From an uncultured Gammaproteobacteria bacterium (lineage in GTDB: Bacteria; Patescibacteriota; Patescibacteriia; SBBC01; JACPUP01): a stretch of 63,737 nt of DNA. Location of the stretch: contig CAYWEH010000002.1 in NCBI GenBank assembly GCA_964457305.1, positions 1 to 63,737 of the forward strand. The letters run 5' to 3'. A program made the position numbers and the translations under genes. Shown here piece by piece: positions 36,903 to 42,977 of this stretch. The notes beneath the pieces were generated by a model. That model saw nothing but the letters and a program-made list of their open reading frames with translations. It made no database searches and was not told the DNA's origin. The first letter of the stretch is position 1. Each line of letters starts with the position of its first letter.

Positions 36903-37046
36903 ATGCCAAAACGAACCTACCAACCCAAGAAACGCCGCCGCAGCCGGGTCCATGGATTCCGGCGACGGATGCGGACGAGCAGCGGCCGCCGGGTGCTCCG
37001 GGCCCGCCGTCGGAAGGGCCGGAAGCGGCTAACGGTGCGGACGTAA
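36903..37046 (+). CDS. rpmH: 50S ribosomal protein L34
   Basis: [45 protein letters not shown] is canonical L34. Confidence 0.95.
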   Translation: MPKRTYQPKKRRRSRVHGFRRRMRTSSGRRVLRARRRKGRKRLTVRT

Positions 37047-37051
37047 AACAC

Positions 37052-37390
37052 ATGCTTGCCCGGCGCCAGCGTCTCCGCCGCCACCGCGACATTACGGCGG
37101 TTGCCCGGAGAGGGAGAGCGTTTGCCGGGCGGTTGCTGGTTCTTCAGGCGCTCGCCTCGCCTGGCCAACCGACGCGATTCGTTGTAGTGGTCAGTAAACA
37201 GGTGGCCAAGCGGGCGGTGGTTCGCAACCGCGTGAAACGGCAGCTCCGGGCCAGCCTGGCCCGCCTGGCCCCAACCATCCCCCCCGGGGTATCCTTATTG
37301 GTGCGCGTGCGGGCGGCAGCGCTCGGTCAACCAACCATCACCCTTCACCAGGAAGTCCAACACCTGCTCAAACGCAGCCGCATCCTATGA
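37052..37390 (+). CDS. rnpA: Ribonuclease P protein component
   Basis: It follows rpmH. The sequence MLARRQRLRRHRDITAVARRG...VVVSKQVAKRAVVRNRVKRQLR contains the RNR-like motif. Confidence 0.85.
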   Translation: MLARRQRLRRHRDITAVARRGRAFAGRLLVLQALASPGQPTRFVVVVSKQVAKRAVVRNRVKRQLRASLARLAPTIPPGVSLLVRVRAAALGQPTITLHQEVQHLLKRSRIL

Positions 37391-37641
37391 ACGTCCTCCT
37401 CGCTTCCCTGATCAGCCTCTACCAACGGACACTGTCCCCGGACCATGGCTGGTTCCGCGCTCGATATCCGTCCGGCTTCTGCCGATTCTACCCGACGTGT
37501 TCGGAGTATGCGCGCCAGGCGTTCCTGACGCACGGTCTGTTCTTCGGGCTCTCGCTTGCTTTCCGTCGGGTCCTTCGCTGCCACCCCTGGTCGGCCGGCG
37601 GGGTTGACCCAGTCCCGCACCGGGGAAGCCCCCATGTTTGA
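37387..37641 (+). CDS. yidD: Membrane protein insertion efficiency factor YidD
   Basis: LISLYQRTLSP...CRFYPTCSEYARQAF...RRVLRCHPW. Confidence 0.88.
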   Translation: MNVLLASLISLYQRTLSPDHGWFRARYPSGFCRFYPTCSEYARQAFLTHGLFFGLSLAFRRVLRCHPWSAGGVDPVPHRGSPHV

Positions 37642-38425
37642 CACCCTACTCTACCAACCGTTCCTCAACACCCTGATCTACCTCTACGATCGGCTGGGGC
37701 ATAACCTCGGGGTCGCCATTATTGTTTTTACCGTCATCATCAAACTGATTCTCGCCTGGCCATCGGAGAGTTTCATCAAATCACAGCGGAAGATCCAAGC
37801 GCTCCAGCCGAAACTCAAGGTGCTCAAGGAACAGTTCAAGAACAACCGGGAGGCTCTGGCCAAGGCCACCATGGGTCTCTACAAGTCGAGTAAGGTGAAC
37901 CCTTTTTCCTCGTGTTTGCCAACGCTCATCCAAATCCCCATCCTGTACGCTCTCTACCGCGTTTTCCTCGACGGGATGCGGACCGACCCAACCAGCCACC
38001 TCCTCATGCCCAAGCAGCTTGCCTTCTTGTACCCGTCGCTCCAGGGGACGTACGCGCAGACCCCGATTGATACGATGTTCTTCCCCGGCTTTGACCTGGC
38101 CCGGACCGGCGTCTTCGTCGGGAGCGTGGTGGTGGCGTTGGTGGCCGCTGCCCTTCAGTACTGGCAGTCGAAGATGCTTCTCCCAGCCGAAACACCGAAG
38201 GTGGCCGGGGCACAGGACGAGCGTCTGGCGGCTCTGACCTCGAAGCAGATGACCTATCTCTTCCCGGTCATCACGGCAATTTTTATCATCGGTCTGCCGA
38301 TCGGCCTCGGGCTCTACTGGCTCGTCTCCATCGGCTTCACCGTGCTGCAGCAGTATCTTGTGCTGGCGCAGCTGAAGCGCCAGGAGGCGAAAGGGAATGA
38401 AGCTCACCATCAGCCAACTGCATAA
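37634..38425 (+). CDS. yidC: Membrane protein insertase YidC (short, Gram-positive/CPR type)
   Basis: GVAIIVFTVIIKLILAWPS...KIQALQPKLKVLKEQFKNNREALAKATMGLYKSSKVNPFSSCLPTLIQIPILYALY. The start is the ATG at 37634. Confidence 0.88.
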   Translation: MFDTLLYQPFLNTLIYLYDRLGHNLGVAIIVFTVIIKLILAWPSESFIKSQRKIQALQPKLKVLKEQFKNNREALAKATMGLYKSSKVNPFSSCLPTLIQIPILYALYRVFLDGMRTDPTSHLLMPKQLAFLYPSLQGTYAQTPIDTMFFPGFDLARTGVFVGSVVVALVAAALQYWQSKMLLPAETPKVAGAQDERLAALTSKQMTYLFPVITAIFIIGLPIGLGLYWLVSIGFTVLQQYLVLAQLKRQEAKGNEAHHQPTA

Positions 38426-38678
38426 TCTCCCGGTGGAGACCCAGAGCGGCCGGGCGCTGGGCCGGGTGGTTGACGTTGAAATTGAACCTGGTCAGCAGGA
38501 AATTCGGACGTACCACGTGCGTAGCCGCGCCTTCATCCCCGGGCTCTTCGAACAGAAACTGCTCATTGATCGTGGACAGGTCGTTCGCCTCACGCCGACC
38601 AAGCTGATCGTCGAGGATGGCGTCGCCGCCGGGACCCGGCTGCCGCAACCCGAACCCGACGCGCCGGCGTCCGTGTAA
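38397..38678 (+). CDS. PRC-barrel domain protein
   Basis: LPVETQSGRALGRVVDVEIEPGQQEIRTYHV fits the PRC-barrel pattern. It overlaps the yidC end by 29 nt. Confidence 0.5.
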   Translation: MKLTISQLHNLPVETQSGRALGRVVDVEIEPGQQEIRTYHVRSRAFIPGLFEQKLLIDRGQVVRLTPTKLIVEDGVAAGTRLPQPEPDAPASV

Positions 38679-39135
38679 GCCACCGCGCAACGGTCGGCGG
38701 CAGTCGGATAGCTCGGCGTCTGCGGCCGCGAATGGAACAGCGAAGAAGCTGGAGCCCTTTCGGCCTGGTCGCCAGCCGGTCGGCCCACTCAATGACGGAA
38801 ATGGTGTCGGGGCGGCCGATCTTCTCGGCCAACCCGGTTTCGTGGAGATCGGTTGCCGGCGGCAGGCGGTAGAGATCGGCGTGCATCACTCGGCGGACGC
38901 CCCCGCGGCGCACCGGCATTTCTTTGACCAACACAAACGTCGGGCTCGTCGTTCCGGCGATCCCAAACCAAGCCAGGAGCCCTTTGGTGAGCGTTGTTTT
39001 ACCACTGCCCAAGCTGCCGACCAGGCCGAACACCGCACCACCGGGGGCGGCGCGGCCCAGGGCGCGGCCCAGGGCAACGGTCTCCCGCGGACTGTGACAG
39101 ATGATTGTCCGAGTTCTTGACAGCGAAGACATCAT
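38590..39135 (-). CDS. tsaE: tRNA t6A37 biosynthesis ATPase TsaE, with Arg-rich C-terminal extension
   Basis: ETVALGRALG...GLVGSLGSGKTTLTKGL...SPTFVLV...HADLYRL...IEWADRL. The last ~45 aa (RGRRRRAIRLPP...RRRRHPRR) are an atypical extension that overlaps the convergent PRC-barrel gene. Confidence 0.78.
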   Translation of the reverse strand: MMSSLSRTRTIICHSPRETVALGRALGRAAPGGAVFGLVGSLGSGKTTLTKGLLAWFGIAGTTSPTFVLVKEMPVRRGGVRRVMHADLYRLPPATDLHETGLAEKIGRPDTISVIEWADRLATRPKGLQLLRCSIRGRRRRAIRLPPTVARWLTRTPARRVRVAAAGSRRRRHPRRSAWSA

Positions 39136-39193
39136 CCCGTATAGTGACCTGTTCTGGCGGCGTTTGCCAAGGGGGGGACGCCCTGTTGACCGT

Positions 39194-40321
39194 ATGGACA
39201 CCCCACCTCTTCTCCAAGCGATTACGCTCCTCCGCGAACGGAAGACACCGCTGATTTGTCTTCCCAAGGACGCCAGTTCCGACGCCATCGCCGGTGGGCT
39301 CGGGCTGTTTATCGCGCTCGAAAAGATGCGGAAACGCGTGAAGGTGGTGTCACCCGGTTTTGTCTTGCCGCCCGGCCACTCGTTTCTGCCGCGGAGCGAA
39401 GAGATCCTCACTGATGTGGCGGCGCTGCGAAAATTCATCATCACCGTGGACACGGGCCAAGCGCCGCTCGAAGAGCTGTCGTATGAGCTTGTCGGCAAGC
39501 ACGTGAATATTTACCTGACGCCGAAACGGGGGTTCTATGAGGCGGGGCAGATCACCACCAACGCCGGTGGGTTCGCCTTTGATCTCATCATCACCATCGA
39601 TGCGTCCAGCCTCGAGTCGCTCGGCCCCCTCTTCGAAGAGAACCGGGAGTTTTTCTACCACACGCCGGTCATCAACATCGACCATAACCCGGCCAACGAA
39701 CGGTTCGGTCACGTGGCTCTGGTTGATGTCACCTCCTCCTCCACCGCCGAAATCATTTTCGAGCTCCTCGAGGCTTCCAAAGAGAAAGTGCTCGACGAGT
39801 ATGTCGCCACGGCGCTGCTGACCGGTATGATCTCCAAGACGAAGAGCTTCCAGACGCCGAGCGTGACGCCGCGCTCGCTCGCCATCGCTTCCCACCTGGT
39901 GTCTTCGGGCGCGCGCCGCGACGACATCATCAGAAACCTCTACCAGACGAAGAGCTTGCCGGTGCTGAAATTGTGGGGGCGGGCGCTCATGCGGCTGCAG
40001 TCGTCTCATCGCCAGCGGTTCGTGTGGACCGAGCTCAATGGCGAGGATTTGAAACGGAGCGGCGCTTCCCTCCGCGACGTCCCCGGCGTCATCGATGAGC
40101 TCATCGCGAATACGGCGGGGGCGGAAATAATCCTCGTCTTGGCTGACGTTGACGGTCAGGTGTACGCGTTCGCTTCCACCGCCCGGACGATTGACGCTCA
40201 GCAGCTCTTTTCCGCCTACGACCCGCGCGGCACCCGGCAGTTTGTGAGTTTTCAGCTGCGGAAACCCTTATCCGCAGCGCACCGGGAACTCCACGAGATC
40301 ATCGAGCGCCGGTTCCGGTAA
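39194..40321 (+). CDS. DHH/DHHA1-family phosphoesterase (NrnA-like), with degenerate motifs
   Basis: The architecture and patterns fit: PKDASSDAIAGGLGLFIAL, IITIDASS, VINIDHNPANERFG (DHN in place of DHH), and the DHHA1 region ...AGAEIILVLAD. Confidence 0.7.
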   Translation: MDTPPLLQAITLLRERKTPLICLPKDASSDAIAGGLGLFIALEKMRKRVKVVSPGFVLPPGHSFLPRSEEILTDVAALRKFIITVDTGQAPLEELSYELVGKHVNIYLTPKRGFYEAGQITTNAGGFAFDLIITIDASSLESLGPLFEENREFFYHTPVINIDHNPANERFGHVALVDVTSSSTAEIIFELLEASKEKVLDEYVATALLTGMISKTKSFQTPSVTPRSLAIASHLVSSGARRDDIIRNLYQTKSLPVLKLWGRALMRLQSSHRQRFVWTELNGEDLKRSGASLRDVPGVIDELIANTAGAEIILVLADVDGQVYAFASTARTIDAQQLFSAYDPRGTRQFVSFQLRKPLSAAHRELHEIIERRFR

Positions 40322-40353
40322 GCCCAGCTGACGTCAGCGACCGTCCCCCAGGC

Positions 40354-42063
40354 ATGCTATACTGGAAAGGTATGGACGATCCGCTTTCAGCGGGAAAATA
40401 CGCGGTCGCGCCAAAGGATGTCGAGGAGCGATTCCGACAGAAAATGTCGGAAATTGACTTGCGCGAAAAGGAGCGCCAGACGAAAGAGCAGGCGTCGCTG
40501 CTTGGGTTGGGGTACATTGGACTCACCGGGTTCCCGATTGGCGCGGAGACGTTGACGCTTCTATCCGAAGAGGAGGCGCGGCGGCTCCGGGCCATCGCGT
40601 TTGTTCGGAACGGAAAGGAAATTCGCGTTGGGGTCGTGGATCCGGCCGCCGCCGGTCTAACGGAGGCCATAAACGAGGTCGCGCAGCGCGAGCAAGCGCA
40701 CGTGGCGATGTACCTCATCTCCGTTCACAGTTTCGAGCAGTCACTGAAGCTCTACGCCCACATCCCGAAGATTAAGAAGCCGGTCTCCGGGGTTGAGGTG
40801 ACGCAGTCTGATATCGAGCGGTACCGGGCGGAACTGGGCAATCTCTGGGACCTCGACTCGAAGCTTAAGCAGGCGTCTCTGACCGAGGTTTTTGCCATGG
40901 TCTTGGCCGGCGCCATCCAGGCCGGTGCGTCAGATATCCATATCGAGGCCGAGGAAGAGGATGTCAAGATTCGCTATCGCATTGACGGGGTGCTCCAGAC
41001 GGTCGCCGGGGTGTCGAGGCAGGCGTGGCCTCGAATCGTGAACCGCATCAAACTCCTGGCCGGACTAAAAATCAACGTGGCGAACGTCCCCCAGGACGGT
41101 CGCGTCACGTTGGTGATGCCGAAGGACAAGATTGATGTCCGCGTGTCGGCCCTACCGACCTCATACGGCGAAAGCATTGTCATGCGCCTGCTCATGGCGT
41201 CATCCCAGGGTCTCAAGTACGCCGACTTGGGGCTGCGTGGTCTGGCCAGCGAAATCATGGCCAAGCAGATCAAGCGGCCGAACGGTATGATTATCGTCAC
41301 CGGCCCGACTGGGTCAGGGAAGACCACCACGCTCTACGCTTTTATCAACGAGCTGAACCAACCGGACACGAAGATCATCACACTCGAGGATCCGATCGAG
41401 TACCGCTTAGCCGGCATCAACCAGAGCCAGGTGGACGTTTCCAAGGGATACACGTTTGCCAAGGGCTTGCGGGCGATCTTGCGGCAAGACCCGGACATCA
41501 TCCTCGTCGGGGAAATTCGTGACGGCGAGACCGGCGACATCGCGGTGCAGGCCGCGCTCACCGGCCACCTGGTATTCTCGACCATCCACACGAACGACGC
41601 CGCCGGCGCCATTCCCCGCTTCTTGGCCTTGGGGGTGAAACCGTTCCTGCTCGCCCCGGCCCTGAACATTGTTATTGGCCAGCGTCTGGTGCGGAAACTC
41701 TGCCCGCACTGTAAAGTAGAAACCGAGCTGTCGGCCGACGTGCTCGGTCGCGTGCAATCGCAGCTGGCGAGCATTCCGGTGAGCTCGGGTTTTGCCATCA
41801 AGCCGGATCGAAAGTTGACGTTTTGGAAATCAGTTGGTTGCGAACAGTGCAGCCGCATCGGTTACAAGGGTCGTATCGGTGTCTTCGAGGTGCTGGCAAT
41901 GAGCCCGACCATCGAGCGACTTATCCTGTCAGGTTCAGCCTCCGAGCTCGACATCCAAGCGGCGGCCGTGAAGGAGGGGATGATCACCATGGCGCAGGAC
42001 GGGTTGTTGAAAGCGCTTGACGGCATCACCTCCGTCGACGAGGTGTTCTCGGTGGCGGAATAG
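40354..42063 (+). CDS. pilB: Type II/IV secretion ATPase, PilB/GspE family
   Basis: Walker [14 protein letters not shown], Asp box TLEDPIEY, Walker B ILVGEIRD, His box FSTIHTNDA, and a tetracysteine motif (CPHC...CEQC). It also has an N-terminal GSPII_E_N-like domain. Confidence 0.9.
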   Translation: MLYWKGMDDPLSAGKYAVAPKDVEERFRQKMSEIDLREKERQTKEQASLLGLGYIGLTGFPIGAETLTLLSEEEARRLRAIAFVRNGKEIRVGVVDPAAAGLTEAINEVAQREQAHVAMYLISVHSFEQSLKLYAHIPKIKKPVSGVEVTQSDIERYRAELGNLWDLDSKLKQASLTEVFAMVLAGAIQAGASDIHIEAEEEDVKIRYRIDGVLQTVAGVSRQAWPRIVNRIKLLAGLKINVANVPQDGRVTLVMPKDKIDVRVSALPTSYGESIVMRLLMASSQGLKYADLGLRGLASEIMAKQIKRPNGMIIVTGPTGSGKTTTLYAFINELNQPDTKIITLEDPIEYRLAGINQSQVDVSKGYTFAKGLRAILRQDPDIILVGEIRDGETGDIAVQAALTGHLVFSTIHTNDAAGAIPRFLALGVKPFLLAPALNIVIGQRLVRKLCPHCKVETELSADVLGRVQSQLASIPVSSGFAIKPDRKLTFWKSVGCEQCSRIGYKGRIGVFEVLAMSPTIERLILSGSASELDIQAAAVKEGMITMAQDGLLKALDGITSVDEVFSVAE

Positions 42064-42115
42064 AGTAAAGAGACCGCGATTTGTGCGTGAGGGTTTTTTT
42101 GTTTTGATAGTGAGA

Positions 42116-42143
42116 TGGGAGAGACCTCAACCGGTCTCTCCCA
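42116..42143. terminator. Perfect 11-bp hairpin between convergent pilB and RNase III-like genes
   Basis: tgggagagacc-tcaacc-ggtctctccca. It overlaps the last codons of the minus-strand gene. There is no clear U-tract. Confidence 0.35.
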
Positions 42144-42819
42144 TCGTCTGCTCCAGGTGCTTCACCGCGACGGTCGCGGCATTGAATTGAGCCTCCTTTT
42201 TCGAGCGACCGGTTGCGGTGCTGATGAGGGTGGCGCCAACCCACACTTCCGCCTCCCATTTTCCGCCACCACGCGGAACGGGCCGAAAGCGGAAGTGCGA
42301 CCCCTGCCCATGCGTTCGCGGAGCGAGATAATCCACCCGATAAATCGGGTTCCTCCCCCACGCTTCCTTGATGATGGCCGGAAAACGCCAGCCGAGATGT
42401 TGGTCGAGGAATGCCGTCGCCTGCACCTCACCTTGATCCTGGGATAACGCCTCGACCAGCGCCTCAAAGAGCGTACCCAGCGCGGTATCGTTGAGCGCTG
42501 CGTCCATCTCATCGAGCTCATCGTCCCGGCAGAGGTACCGCCCCAGGCCGAGGTGCCTGATAATGTCGGCGAACACCCTGTTGCTCACGATGTACGACTG
42601 ATAGAAGGCCAGGCAGGCGTATTGGTCCAGAAACATTTCGATGAGCCGGTGGCGAACATACCGTAGGATATGTGCGTCACCGAGCCAGGCCAGGAGCAGA
42701 TTTGCATCTGCTGGGTTTTTCTCCAGGCTCCGATGTCGGAACGCTTTTTGCAGAAGCGTTTTGTCGTGAAAGGTGCAGCCGAGAATCTGTTCAACCGCCC
42801 TGATCTCGTACGCGAGCAT
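42127..42819 (-). CDS. rnc: RNase III-family protein (catalytic signature degenerate) with C-terminal dsRBD
   Basis: The N-terminus reads ILGCTFHDKTLLQKAFRHRSL. The signature region is NLLLAWLGDA where the family has NERLEFLGDA, and the second acidic motif is LGTLFEAL. The C-terminal dsRBD reads NPIYRV...GKWEAEVWVG...GRSKKEAQFNAA. Confidence 0.7.
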   Translation of the reverse strand: MLAYEIRAVEQILGCTFHDKTLLQKAFRHRSLEKNPADANLLLAWLGDAHILRYVRHRLIEMFLDQYACLAFYQSYIVSNRVFADIIRHLGLGRYLCRDDELDEMDAALNDTALGTLFEALVEALSQDQGEVQATAFLDQHLGWRFPAIIKEAWGRNPIYRVDYLAPRTHGQGSHFRFRPVPRGGGKWEAEVWVGATLISTATGRSKKEAQFNAATVAVKHLEQTMGETG

Positions 42820-42977
42820 ACTCTCCCCCCGTGTTGGGTACGATGCAACAAACGGTCTAACGCAGGGTAGCAGCTCCGAGTATTGTCGTCAAACTTTCCA
42901 AGAAGGGAGGAATGCGCTCATTGATTGGCCGTATTCTCCCTGGTGATCTTGAAATCCTAATGCCTGCAGATTCTTAG

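Noticed and set aside
42064-42110. The T-run gggtttttttgttttg after pilB as an intrinsic terminator.
   Set aside because: I found no convincing GC-rich stem immediately upstream of the T-run. The nearby perfect hairpin at 42116-42143 is a better, though still weak, candidate.
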